A stretch of 64,000 nt of DNA from Candidatus Onthoplasma faecipullorum (GCA_019120295.1 DWVI01000002.1:10754-74753), one strand, 5' to 3'; shown: positions 16,301-25,100, numbered from the stretch's first letter. Notes: generated by a model not told the origin, from the sequence alone. Numbers and translations are program-made.

Positions 16301-16798
16301 TATGTACGGAATATGTGAGCGCAAACTTGCAAGTTCGCACGCTATTGCAATATCGTTCACTTCTTGAACGCTCGAACAATTCACAATGTTAAAACCTGTT
16401 TTCAAACATGCGTATATATCACTGTAATCACAGAATATGCTTAACGCGTGAGTTGCAACTGCACGTGCGGCAACGTAAAACACGCATGGGTGACCTTCAC
16501 CTGCGATTTTATACATATTGGGTATCATAAGTAATAACCCTTGACTTGAAGTGAACGTTGTAGTTTTGGCGCCAGCCATTAAACTTCCATGCACTGCACC
16601 AGCAACACCTGCTTCACTCTGCATTTCACGAAGCGTTAAGGTTGAATTAAAAATGTTCTTTTTATTTTCAAACACAAATTGGTCACAATTCTCAGCCATA
16701 GGGCTTGAAGGTGTGATTGGATATATCATTGCCACTTCGTTCATCATGTATGCAATGTTTGAAGCAACGTAGTTTCCGTCAACTGTAACTTTTTTCAT
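13358..16798 (-). CDS. nifJ: Pyruvate:ferredoxin (flavodoxin) oxidoreductase
   Basis: 1146 aa single-chain PFOR. Two ferredoxin-type clusters CIQCGRCTMICP and CTGCGVCSEICP. TPP-binding region GGDGWAYDIGFGGLDH. Confidence 0.93.
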   Translation of the reverse strand: MKKVTVDGNYVASNIAYMMNEVAMIYPITPSSPMAENCDQFVFENKKNIFNSTLTLREMQSEAGVAGAVHGSLMAGAKTTTFTSSQGLLLMIPNMYKIAGEGHPCVFYVAARAVATHALSIFCDYSDIYACLKTGFNIVNCSSVQEVNDIAIACELASLRSHIPYICFFDGFRTSHELNTVYLTELEDLKKIVNFNEITDFKREAMNNFSPFSAGTNQNPDVFMQNRLRSLEKYKSAIDDFKYALRRQETITNRHYDTIEYYGKPNAKNVVVAMGSASDVLIMAQKQYKGDVAIIKVRMLKPFDEENFIKKLPKKVKNITILERNIDMNGVDTLSSYVMSAMQKHDVHAKTYSGCYGLGGKEFTPDMAISVFENMIGRRKDGFTVGIYDDVNQTNLEVKESYVDKVSNFTMRVYGLGSDGSVSSVKNTIKILGDATTSFVQGYFDYDSKKSGSLTISHMRSSFLPINAPFNPQKVDLMMCNNVGFIEKYDMTDCLKKNGIMILNSHYDFETLNKLMPNKMKQDIIDKKIKLYTIDANEIAKKYGLGAKINTVMQTVLFKVSDLLPFDVAMKEIKNAIVKSYMKKGQKIVDANLGAITEAEGNYITVDTSRLTINDTPVCKVMQSDYYEEIIVPTSNQEGNDIPVSKFDERGRMPTDTTKFEKRALATEMPDWISEKCIQCGRCTMICPHAAIRPVIFDDKQKVPKTFTSKKAFICDGNYRMQVNTLDCTGCGVCSEICPVKALIMTESDKIRDKEIANEEFMLTLPQITPFTPNTVKGVQFKKPYFEFSGACAGCGETPYIKLATQLFGDRMLIANATGCSSIYGGTYPTCPYSKDKQGFGPSWANSLFEDNAEFGYGISVARKAERNRFISELKTKNLSEPIKKLVEPFIKNTENHEYNKQLILKLKDYKRGHIVKGDDIYLFDNLSLITSPSIWIIGGDGWAYDIGFGGLDHVVASDENVNILVLDTEVYSNTGGQTSKSTPRGASAKFNLTGKTTKKKDLASMLMTYKDVYVATVSMGANPDQCVTAFIEAEQYNGPSVIIAYAPCISHGYDLRKGPKHAFDAVKSGYNTLFRYNPSLDEPMHVDSFEPTMNYSEFLDTENRFSILSKMNPDNKEKLYEESEKDAKNRRHTYLNDQKLNKQKE

Positions 16799-17064
16799 TT
16801 TTACCCCTTTTTAAATAGTATACCAAAATTATATAATAATTAAAAAATTTTATCAATTAAAAAAGCATTGTTTGATTTTGATTTGATATTTTATGTCTAC
16901 TTTTATATTAAAAGAATGTTAAAAAATTGCACAATCAAAAATTATTTTTCAAATTTTAAAATAAAAAAATTAAAAAATTTTATAAAAATATTAAAAATAA
17001 CGCAATTTTTCATTAATTTTAATAATTATTTGATTATTTTTAAAAATTTTTATATAATTATTTT

Positions 17065-17790
17065 ATGAAATATTTAATGACAATAACCTATGACGGAAAA
17101 AATTATAACGGCTTCCAACGCCAAAATGATAAGCCAACTATTCAAAGTGAAGTTGAACATGCTCTTGAAATTTTACTAAAAGAAAAAATTGAAATTATTG
17201 GAAGTGGAAGAACTGACGCCAAAGTTTCCGCATATAAGCAGACGATAAATTTTGAAACAGATAAGCAAATAGATAAAGATAAATTCATTTACTCAATGAA
17301 TGGAATTTTACAAAATGATATAAAAGTTTTAGATATAATTCAATCGAATATACATGCTCGTTTCACAGAAAAAAAGAAAACTTATTTATATAAAATGTAT
17401 ATATCAGAATTTGCTCACCCACTTTATAAAGACCGCTTAACTATCAGCAAAAATATTGATATTAAAGCCATGAAAAAATTTTTAAAAATGATTAAAGGAA
17501 CTCACGATTTTATAGGTTTTAAATCAGCAGGTAGTGAAGTTAATTCAACCGTTAGAACTATTTATAATGCTAAACTTATTAAAACAAATTCTAAACTAGA
17601 TTTCTATATCACAGGAAATGGCTTTTTATATAAAATGGTTAGAAATATTGTTGGCACAATGTTAAAAGTTGGCGAGTATAAATTAGACTTAAAAGAGTTA
17701 AAACAAACCATTTTTAAAACTTACAAATCAACTTACACTGCACCAAGTGAATATTTATATTTATATGATATTAAATATTTGAAAAAATAA
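17065..17790 (+). CDS. truA: tRNA pseudouridine(38-40) synthase TruA
   Basis: 241 aa. TYDGKNYNGFQRQ and catalytic GSGRTDAKVSA motif. Confidence 0.9.
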   Translation: MKYLMTITYDGKNYNGFQRQNDKPTIQSEVEHALEILLKEKIEIIGSGRTDAKVSAYKQTINFETDKQIDKDKFIYSMNGILQNDIKVLDIIQSNIHARFTEKKKTYLYKMYISEFAHPLYKDRLTISKNIDIKAMKKFLKMIKGTHDFIGFKSAGSEVNSTVRTIYNAKLIKTNSKLDFYITGNGFLYKMVRNIVGTMLKVGEYKLDLKELKQTIFKTYKSTYTAPSEYLYLYDIKYLKK

Positions 17791-17901
17791 ATAAAAAATA
17801 TTAAAAAATAATAAAAATTTATTAAAATACTATAAAAAATCAATAAAAAATGCTAAAAATTAGTTTATTTTAATATTTTTAAAATTTTTTAAAAAACAAT
17901 T

Positions 17902-17934
17902 AAAAAATCACTTATTTATTTTAAGTGATTTTTA
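17902..17934. terminator. Bidirectional hairpin terminator between truA and the Rho-like gene
   Basis: ATCACTTA/TAAGTGAT stem flanked by an A-run and a T-run. Confidence 0.55.
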
Positions 17935-17943
17935 TTTTTTATT

Positions 17944-19020
17944 TTACATTGAAACTAATTCATTATCTTCAATTTTAAATCTCTTATCTGCTAACTTTTC
18001 GTAAACTTCCAAAGTTGGAGATTTATCCATAACAGCAATGATTGTTATTGAACCTGAATCTTTGCTATCACGAGCGAGTGTTAACATTGTTTTTGTAACA
18101 TTCTTTTCATCTGTGTCCAACGCGCTGATTGTTCGAATGTCGTCCACAATGATAACAACATCTTCTCCATTTTCCACAATTCTGCGCGCACGATTTCCAG
18201 CAAGTGAAACAATAAATTGTGTCATTTTCTTTTCGTCTAATAGTTTTGATGTAAACACTTCAACAGACTGATTTAATTCGTCTAATAAAGATATGTTTTT
18301 ATCTGTAATAGATGCGTTGATATATATCTTTCTAGCAATGTCACAACTGTTGGCAAGGTCAACACACATTTTGGTATTGTTCGAATTATCGCTACCATAA
18401 ATGTAGATAATTTCACCTTTTTTCATATTTAATTTATTAAATTTATCTTTCTTAAAAGATAATACCCTACTAATAGAAACGTGTTTTATATCATTAAAAT
18501 CTTTTCTATCTTTTGCCTTAAAGTTTTTAGCTAAGTTGCCGTTAATTTCATAGATTGTTTTAACAACTCCCTGCTCTGCAATTTCAACCAAAACTAAATC
18601 GCCAGTTTTTAAATTGTATTCGTCTATCAAAGATGTTGGCAAAATGTAACGCAAGTATTTGTCCTTATCCTTAAATAAAACACCAGTTGCACCATTTGAA
18701 TCAATGTCTACGTAACCTAAAACGGTTGTCATATCGTCGTACACAAAATCTGATTGCATTTGATTGAAGGATAAATAATTTGAAAAACCGCTATGGTCCA
18801 CTCCAAAACCATAAGCCTCTGCGAAAGGAAACCCTGTGTTTTTTGGTGGACGGCCTTGCCTACTCTTTGCAACATGAGGCGAAAGTTTTCCTTCCATGAT
18901 TAGCAGGATTTCATTAACTAATTGCTCTTTCTTTTTACTAGTTGGCGCTTCAACACCCGTTTTCCTAGCAACATTTCTAAGAGCATAGATACTTAATTCG
19001 TTTAACTGTTCTTTTGTCAT
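17944..19020 (-). CDS. Rho-like protein with degenerate ATPase core (no Walker A)
   Basis: 358 aa. Rho_N-like N-terminus (LNELSIYALRNVARKTGVEAPTSKKKEQLVNEILLI). OB/CSD-like segment (GYVDIDSNGATGVLF...YILPTSLIDEYNLKTGDLV). Walker-B-like VVIIVDDIRTISAL. Where Rho has PPKAGKT this protein has GSDNSNNTK. The C-terminus is shorter than Rho. Confidence 0.6.
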   Translation of the reverse strand: MTKEQLNELSIYALRNVARKTGVEAPTSKKKEQLVNEILLIMEGKLSPHVAKSRQGRPPKNTGFPFAEAYGFGVDHSGFSNYLSFNQMQSDFVYDDMTTVLGYVDIDSNGATGVLFKDKDKYLRYILPTSLIDEYNLKTGDLVLVEIAEQGVVKTIYEINGNLAKNFKAKDRKDFNDIKHVSISRVLSFKKDKFNKLNMKKGEIIYIYGSDNSNNTKMCVDLANSCDIARKIYINASITDKNISLLDELNQSVEVFTSKLLDEKKMTQFIVSLAGNRARRIVENGEDVVIIVDDIRTISALDTDEKNVTKTMLTLARDSKDSGSITIIAVMDKSPTLEVYEKLADKRFKIEDNELVSM

Positions 19021-19413
19021 TTACCCTCCAAACAATTTTTTAAAAATTTGTCGAAATCACAGGCTTATAATACAATTTAATTGTTTGTTTTGTTCAAAAA
19101 AGGTTCAAAGAATTTACGAAAATTTTATCTTTTGTTCAAAATGTCGAAATTATTGACCCTTGTAAACAATCTAAAAATTAGGCTATAACCACCTAATTTC
19201 TGCTTAAACTATCTATGATATAGGTTATTTTTATAACACATGTATTTTAACACATAGGAAAATTTAAGTAAAGTATTTTTGCACAAAACGTCAATTTAAT
19301 ACAAATTACACCATTTATTTACAAAATTTTTGTTTAATTACGAAGAATTTGGTTATTTTTGAAAAGAAGTAACAATGTTACATCATATCAAAAGAATTTA
19401 AATTAAATAAACA

Positions 19414-19761
19414 TCACGTTGTTATTCCTAAACTAATCATTGTTGCAACTTCCACTCTTTGCATCATTTTTTCGTCTAACTCACTAACTTTTTCTTTTAG
19501 CCTTTGCTTATCAAGCGTTCTTAACTGTTCTAACAAAACAACACTATCTTTTGGAAGATTATATTTGTCTTTATCTAGTTCAATATGCGTTGGAAGTTTT
19601 GCTTTGCTAAGTTTGCTGGTAATTGCAGCAACTATAACTGTTGGACTATACTTATTCCCTACATCATTTTGCAACACCAAAACAGGACGAACACCACCCT
19701 GTTCGCTACCCACAACCGGGCTAAGGTCTGCATAATAAATTTCTCCCCTATATATGTCCAT
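19414..19761 (-). CDS. mazF: MazF/PemK (EndoA-type) endoribonuclease toxin
   Basis: 115 aa. [46 protein letters not shown] is the classic MazF/NdoA signature. Confidence 0.9.
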   Translation of the reverse strand: MDIYRGEIYYADLSPVVGSEQGGVRPVLVLQNDVGNKYSPTVIVAAITSKLSKAKLPTHIELDKDKYNLPKDSVVLLEQLRTLDKQRLKEKVSELDEKMMQRVEVATMISLGITT

Positions 19762-19770
19762 TCAGTCCTT

Positions 19771-19947
19771 TTAAATATATTTTAATGCGTCTAAATCTGC
19801 ATTTGAAAAGTCGTTCATAATCTCGTTTATTGCCGAGATGTATTCACTTTCAGTATATGCAGAAATTGGAAAACTTGGCATTTTAGGTCGCTTTATTTCC
19901 ACCAGACTTAAAATATATTGAACGTAATCGTTAATTTCGTCGTCCAT
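19771..19947 (-). CDS. 58-aa acidic protein in the antitoxin position upstream of mazF
   Basis: Below the track cut-off. MDDEINDYVQYILSLVEIKRPKMPSFPISAYTESEYISAINEIMNDFSNADLDALKYI. AGGAGA SD 8 nt upstream. Stop lies 9 nt before the mazF ATG. No obvious RHH/AbrB motif. Confidence 0.5.
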   Translation of the reverse strand: MDDEINDYVQYILSLVEIKRPKMPSFPISAYTESEYISAINEIMNDFSNADLDALKYI

Positions 19948-19972
19948 AAATTATTCTCCTATTAATTAAAAA

Positions 19973-20413
19973 TTAAACCTTTGCTAATTGTTTTTTCAAT
20001 TTTTCGTAAAAATCTTCCTGTATTTTCTGAAAATCGGCAACAAGTGCAGTCAACTCAGGACTAACGTCACCACAATCTGAGCGCGTTTTGATTGTGTCAA
20101 TTATGCCCATAACAGTGCCGTTTATCATCATTTCCACAATGTGTCTGCATGATTTATCCATCCAAAGTGAAATATAGACCATAGCGCTCTGTTTAAATTT
20201 TTTAAATGCGCTATTTTCTTTTAAATCAACTTCTGAATTAACCGCTAACACGTCGCATCTTTCTTTAAATTTATCGTACGCTTCGTATTGTTTAATAAAC
20301 ATTTTTTTAAGTGCACCATCTTCAATCTTTTTAACCACTTTGTCTATTGAAATCATTCCAATCTCAGCATCTTGGAATAGACGCGTTAATAATTTAATTT
20401 CGTTATCTTCCAT
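19973..20413 (-). CDS. Hypothetical helical protein (146 aa from the internal ATG)
   Basis: The ORF-track start (20425) is TTG. The ATG at 20413 follows GGGGGA. No assignable motif. Confidence 0.6.
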   Translation of the reverse strand: MEDNEIKLLTRLFQDAEIGMISIDKVVKKIEDGALKKMFIKQYEAYDKFKERCDVLAVNSEVDLKENSAFKKFKQSAMVYISLWMDKSCRHIVEMMINGTVMGIIDTIKTRSDCGDVSPELTALVADFQKIQEDFYEKLKKQLAKV

Positions 20414-20550
20414 ATATTCCCCCAAAGTTAGTTTTTATCTTTTTTTTATAATTATTCTAAAAATTAAAATTAGAAAATAATTAAATTAAAAATTATAAAA
20501 TTAAAGAAAAATTAAAAAAACTATAAAATATATAGTTTTTATAAGTAAAA

Positions 20551-20580
20551 ATAAAAAAATGAGTAAATTAATACTCATTT
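20551..20580 (-). terminator. Intrinsic terminator after the metal-transporter gene
   Basis: AATGAGTA/TACTCATT stem directly after the stop, followed on the minus strand by a U-run. Confidence 0.55.
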
Positions 20581-21660
20581 TTAAATAAAGTTAAGCGCAT
20601 AACCTACAATTAAACTAGGAATAATTAACATCAATATTATGAATAAATTTTCTTTCCAATTTTTGTTTTGTTTTAAAAGAATGATTAAACCTAAACCTGC
20701 ATTGACCATCAAGCCCGCAACAAGTGAGCCGAATGACAAACCGCCCATTAAGAAAAGTTCAGTTATCACAACACTTGAAACACAATTTGGAATTAGACCA
20801 ATTATAATTGCAAGCACTGGTTGCCAATATAAACTTGATGCTAAGAAATTAGTTAATGCTTCTTCACCTATCCAAATTTCAGTGATAAAACCAAACAACA
20901 AGTTAATCACTAATATAAATGCACTTATCTTTAAGCAGTGCAATAATGGGTGCAACCAGTCAAACGTCTTTTGACCCACGTGGTGGTGACAACAACCCCC
21001 GTGTTCGTCAATGCCCGACTTTGTTTTATCTTCTTCACTTTCAACTTTACCTTCCAAAACAACGCTATCTGATTTCACTTCATTTGCAACAACGTGCGCA
21101 TGGTCTTCATGAATATGTTCTTCGCTTAAATCTTCATAGTTATGGTCGCCGTGATTGTCTTCGGCGTGGATATGTTTATCTTGTTCGTGACTATTAGCGT
21201 TTTGATTATCCACAGTTTTTTCACTATTATTTGGTGATATATAATCTTTCTTTCGCTTAAAGATTATTTTATATAGGTACATTGCTAAATAACCAATAAG
21301 AATACCCAAAACGATTTTTATACCAATTAATGCAAGCAACCACAAAATGCTATCTGGGTTTGAAATCATTAGTGGAATTGCTTCGTCGCTCGTTGCAATG
21401 TAAACCGCAATCAACGCACCAATAGAAACGCTACCACGTGAATATAGGTCGGTTGTAACAACAGAAAAACCGCACTGTGGAACACAACCTAAAAGCGATC
21501 CTATAACAGGGCTTGCCTTTCCTTTTAAAAATTTATTATTTTGAAATTTTAGTGCGTATTTATACTCAATTAATTCAATGATATAATAGACAATAAAAAG
21601 GAGTGGCAAAATTTTTGCCGTATCAATCAATGCATCTAAAATAACTTCCCAATACTGCAT
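20581..21660 (-). CDS. Polytopic membrane protein with His-rich cytoplasmic loop, putative heavy-metal/Mn transporter (ArsP_2-like)
   Basis: 359 aa, about 10 TM segments in two halves. VPQCGFS and IPNCVSS pseudo-repeat motifs. Central loop HEQDKHIHAEDNHGDHNYEDLSEEHIHEDHAH...GGCCHHH. Confidence 0.65.
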   Translation of the reverse strand: MQYWEVILDALIDTAKILPLLFIVYYIIELIEYKYALKFQNNKFLKGKASPVIGSLLGCVPQCGFSVVTTDLYSRGSVSIGALIAVYIATSDEAIPLMISNPDSILWLLALIGIKIVLGILIGYLAMYLYKIIFKRKKDYISPNNSEKTVDNQNANSHEQDKHIHAEDNHGDHNYEDLSEEHIHEDHAHVVANEVKSDSVVLEGKVESEEDKTKSGIDEHGGCCHHHVGQKTFDWLHPLLHCLKISAFILVINLLFGFITEIWIGEEALTNFLASSLYWQPVLAIIIGLIPNCVSSVVITELFLMGGLSFGSLVAGLMVNAGLGLIILLKQNKNWKENLFIILMLIIPSLIVGYALNFI

Positions 21661-21881
21661 AATCTCCTTTTATGCCATACACTGATAGCATACGCAAAAT
21701 ACCACAACCAACAGTGCAAAAATTAAAATAAACTTTAAAAATTTCATGCGATATTTTAGCACAATTCAAAACAAAAATCAATACAAAATTATCAATAAAT
21801 AAATAATCGCAACATTTATTTTAATATGTTTATTTTTTATAATTATTAAAAAAGTTTAATTTAATTGTTGTAAATAAAAAA

Positions 21882-22388
21882 TTATATAAACCTACAACAA
21901 AAACACGCAATGATAGCGCACGCAACATTACAAATCAACGCAATAGGAATTGTGAGCAATGTCTTTTTAACGCTGGTTGAAGCAAAATAAATGCTACTTA
22001 CGTAAAATATTGTGTCGCTACTACCCATAATTACACTTGCACAATTTCCTATATAACTATCAACTCCATAAGTTGAAAAAATGTCACGAAGTAACACATA
22101 TGCCGCATTTGAACTGAACGGACGAATAAGCGATAGTTCGCACACTTCTGGCGGTATACCAATAAGTCGGAACACAGGCGCTAGAAAATTACACAGATAA
22201 CCACTTAGTCCGCTTGCACGAAACAACTCAACCGCCACAAACATTGCAATTATGTATGGAAGCAACGACGCCATTAGTGGCAACGCACCTTTTGCACCTT
22301 TAACAAAAGCGGCATACGCGTCCACGCCCTTAATTAATGCAAATAGCATTATAAAAGCAATTAAAACAGGAATAAATAAATCAGCCAT
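21882..22388 (-). CDS. spmB: Spore maturation protein B-like (nucleoside-recognition Gate domain membrane protein)
   Basis: Start reassigned to the ATG at 22388 (MADLFIPVL...) with AGGAG 7 nt upstream, overlapping the spmA stop (ATGGCTGA). Hydrophobic Gate-domain-like sequence adjacent to spmA. Confidence 0.7.
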   Translation of the reverse strand: MADLFIPVLIAFIMLFALIKGVDAYAAFVKGAKGALPLMASLLPYIIAMFVAVELFRASGLSGYLCNFLAPVFRLIGIPPEVCELSLIRPFSSNAAYVLLRDIFSTYGVDSYIGNCASVIMGSSDTIFYVSSIYFASTSVKKTLLTIPIALICNVACAIIACFCCRFI

Positions 22389-22950
22389 GCTTTTGCTCCT
22401 TTTTTCTATAAATGGACGCAACAAGCAAAATTCCTAGAATTGTTGGAATAAAAGTTGAAACAATGGTTGGCCAAAGAATTGAACTAGGGCTTATGCTCCC
22501 CGCAACGGCACGCATGCCAATAACGGTGGTAGGTAGCAGTTGAATACCGGTTGAATTGATAACAACTAACATTATCATAGCTCGCGTTGCTTTTTTATCA
22601 CCCTTGTCCAACCCCTGCATGGCTTTTATACCATAAGGAGTTGCCGCGCTTCCAATTCCTATAATGTTTGAAGCAATGTTCAAACAAATATTTTTTTCTG
22701 TTTCTGCATCTGTTTTACCAAAAATATATTGCACTGGACGAGATAAAATTTTGGATAGTTTATGACTTAGTTTACAATCGTCCATTACTTGCATAATTCC
22801 CATCCACACTGAATAAATGCCAATAAATTCTATGCACATAGTTACACCCATCTTTGCTGCTTCCATCATTGTTCCAACCACGTTAGACGGTGAAAAAATT
22901 GCAAGCATAGCAAGGCTAGATATAATCATTACAATCCAAATTTTATTCAT
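22381..22950 (-). CDS. spmA: Spore maturation protein A-like (Gate domain membrane protein)
   Basis: 189 aa. MNKIWIVMIISS...CIEFIGIYSVWMGIMQV is a typical SpmA N-terminus. Confidence 0.7.
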   Translation of the reverse strand: MNKIWIVMIISSLAMLAIFSPSNVVGTMMEAAKMGVTMCIEFIGIYSVWMGIMQVMDDCKLSHKLSKILSRPVQYIFGKTDAETEKNICLNIASNIIGIGSAATPYGIKAMQGLDKGDKKATRAMIMLVVINSTGIQLLPTTVIGMRAVAGSISPSSILWPTIVSTFIPTILGILLVASIYRKKEQKHG

Positions 22951-23144
22951 ATAAAAAGTTATGCGAAAACTTGTCCACTTATACTAAAAAAGAACTCAAT
23001 TAAGAATTCTTTTTTCTAATATTTAGTTACAATTTAGTCACAACAAGTGTTTCGCCACGTTTGAATTTAAATCAGTTTTAATTGAAACATTAATTAATGC
23101 TTGCTCGTTTTAATTATAAATAATAAACTCTATGTTATCATAAA

Positions 23145-23840
23145 CTATGTTGTTGTAAATCTCAAATCATAATCATATGATTCTGAAATTGCGTCCATAA
23201 TTTGCTCACATTTATCTGTGTTAGAAATATCTGAACTAAAACTAAATGAATCTGCACTTATTGCATATGCTTGGAATAAAAAGTTTACAGAAGTTGATTG
23301 AAATTCATTTCCAACAGACTCATGCAATCTTAATTGATTTTCGCCTATAACCACAATCTCTTTATTTTCAGTAGGTTGTGGATTAAGCGTAATCAAACAA
23401 CGATATGTGTTTCTTGCCCCATTTGTTTCTTGAACGTACAAATAATCATACCATTCATTGCTTGCTCCTGCTATTAGCGGATTGCTGTTATCATAATCTA
23501 CAACTTCTTCAGTATCCAACTTATAGACATTTAGTTTATATAGCACGGCAATATAAATAGGCGTGTTTGAATTATTGTTAATAATTAATGGGGTGTTTTG
23601 AAGCATTTCGTTAGGAACAACGTTAACGCCATTAGAAAGCACCATTTCACTTGCACCACTTGAACCGCCATTGCTATCTTGGAATTGGATATTCAAATTA
23701 GCCATTACAATTCTACCTGTGATACGATTGCTTCTAAAACTATAATACGCGTAAACTCCGCCAAAACCAACGGTGAGAATTAGTAATACCACCAAAACGA
23801 TAATTGCAATAGTTTGACCTGATGCTTTTTTCTTAACCAT
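23145..23840 (-). CDS. Secreted protein with SipW-type (TasA/camelysin-like) signal peptide
   Basis: 231 aa. N-terminal anchor IAIIVLVVLLILTVGFGGVYAYYSF resembles the GGTxAYF(S/T) SipW-cognate signal class. Confidence 0.45.
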   Translation of the reverse strand: MVKKKASGQTIAIIVLVVLLILTVGFGGVYAYYSFRSNRITGRIVMANLNIQFQDSNGGSSGASEMVLSNGVNVVPNEMLQNTPLIINNNSNTPIYIAVLYKLNVYKLDTEEVVDYDNSNPLIAGASNEWYDYLYVQETNGARNTYRCLITLNPQPTENKEIVVIGENQLRLHESVGNEFQSTSVNFLFQAYAISADSFSFSSDISNTDKCEQIMDAISESYDYDLRFTTT

Positions 23841-24129
23841 TTCTACCCCTAATCTTTATTTATTCTAAAAAATATTAATCTATATGTCAAACAAAAAACG
23901 ACAAATTTATCTAGAATTTTATAATTAACTAACAACTATTTATTAACATCAATTTTTAAAAAAATGCAATTTAATAATTATTAAAAAATAAAACTTTGTC
24001 GTTTTAATATATCTAATCTACATAATTAAATAAAAATGTTCAAAATTCTACATTTTTGTACAAAACCATTTGACATATCTGGAAATATTTGGTAAATTTT
24101 AATTGTGAAACTTACAAAGGGGAATAAAA

Positions 24130-24495
24130 ATGGGCAAAAAAACTGCTGAATATGAAGAAAAAGTTTGTAAAAATTACTTTTTAATCAAACGCATGGGAGA
24201 CCTTGGAATTACCAACGATTATATTGGTTATTATTATCTTGTTGACATAATGAATTTATTAATCAATGAATCTAAAACATTTAGGTCTTTTTCTAAAGAA
24301 TTGTACCCCTATCTAGCAGAAAAATATAATAAAAATCTTTGTACAATAGAGCGCAACATTCGAAATTTGCGTGACAAGCGGTGGGACAAAGGTTTAAAAA
24401 TAAAATTGGCCAAATTTTGGGATAAAGACAAAAAGCCTAGTTGTAGTAAGTTTATATATTTAATAAAAAATTTTGTGTTAGACGACTTTAGTTAG
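24130..24495 (+). CDS. Stand-alone Spo0A C-terminal (DNA-binding) domain protein
   Basis: 121 aa. GITNDYIGYYYLVDIMNLL...ELYPYLAEKYNKNLCTIERNIRNLRDKRW matches the Spo0A_C pattern (GxxYLxxAI...LYxxIAxKYxTTxxxVERAIRxAI). No receiver domain. Confidence 0.7.
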   Translation: MGKKTAEYEEKVCKNYFLIKRMGDLGITNDYIGYYYLVDIMNLLINESKTFRSFSKELYPYLAEKYNKNLCTIERNIRNLRDKRWDKGLKIKLAKFWDKDKKPSCSKFIYLIKNFVLDDFS

Positions 24496-24861
24496 AGTGG
24501 TTAAAATATACTCCTTAACCACTCTAATTTTATTTAAAACTCCGTTATTTTTAAGGTTAAATTGAGATTTTGATTTTATTTCTTTATTTGAACAATTATT
24601 TAAAATTTTTGTTAATTCATATCTGATTGTACGTGGTTCTATACCATATTTGTTTGCTAGTGAATTAACCGTGTCTTTAAAAATATCTTCATCTGCCGTA
24701 TGTGTAGATCTAATTAAATTAAGCAATATTTCAACTAAATAGTGAAACGAAAAATAAGACTCACTCATTCCAAGCAAAGCAAGCGAATATTTTATCTTCG
24801 CCACCAGCATATCTTCTGGTATGTCTTTTAAAATAACATCTTCGTTTATCTTAATATCCAC
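24478..24861 (-). CDS. Second, divergent stand-alone Spo0A_C-like DNA-binding protein
   Basis: 127 aa. SYFSFHYLVEILLNLI...TVNSLANKYGIEPRTIRYELTKIL. Convergent with the previous gene, with an 18-nt 3' overlap. Confidence 0.55.
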   Translation of the reverse strand: MDIKINEDVILKDIPEDMLVAKIKYSLALLGMSESYFSFHYLVEILLNLIRSTHTADEDIFKDTVNSLANKYGIEPRTIRYELTKILNNCSNKEIKSKSQFNLKNNGVLNKIRVVKEYILTTLTKVV

Positions 24862-25100
24862 GTGAATATTATAAAATTTTTTATTTTAAAAATCAAATAT
24901 TTTTGTACAAATTATTTTATAATTTGTAATAAAACTTTATTTTTGTATAAAAACATCTTAATTTTTTAAAAAATATGAAAATTATTCGTAAAACTTTATT
25001 CAATATTTAAATAAAAATATATAAAAATTAAAAAATAAATCTAATATTAAATACTTTTATATTGATTTATATATTAAAAATAATTTAATTAATTTTATAA

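Noticed and set aside
16868-17068. 66-aa ORF in the nifJ-truA spacer.
   Set aside because: It consists of pure AT-rich low-complexity sequence (F/I/K/N/Y), has no SD, and overlaps the probable truA promoter region.
21670-21747. 25-aa hydrophobic Cys-rich micro-ORF (MKFLKFILIFALLVVVFCVCYQCMA) just upstream of the His-rich transporter.
   Set aside because: There is no Shine-Dalgarno sequence upstream, and the ORF is very short. It cannot be distinguished from chance without conservation or Ribo-seq data. It is worth a look only if the frame is conserved.
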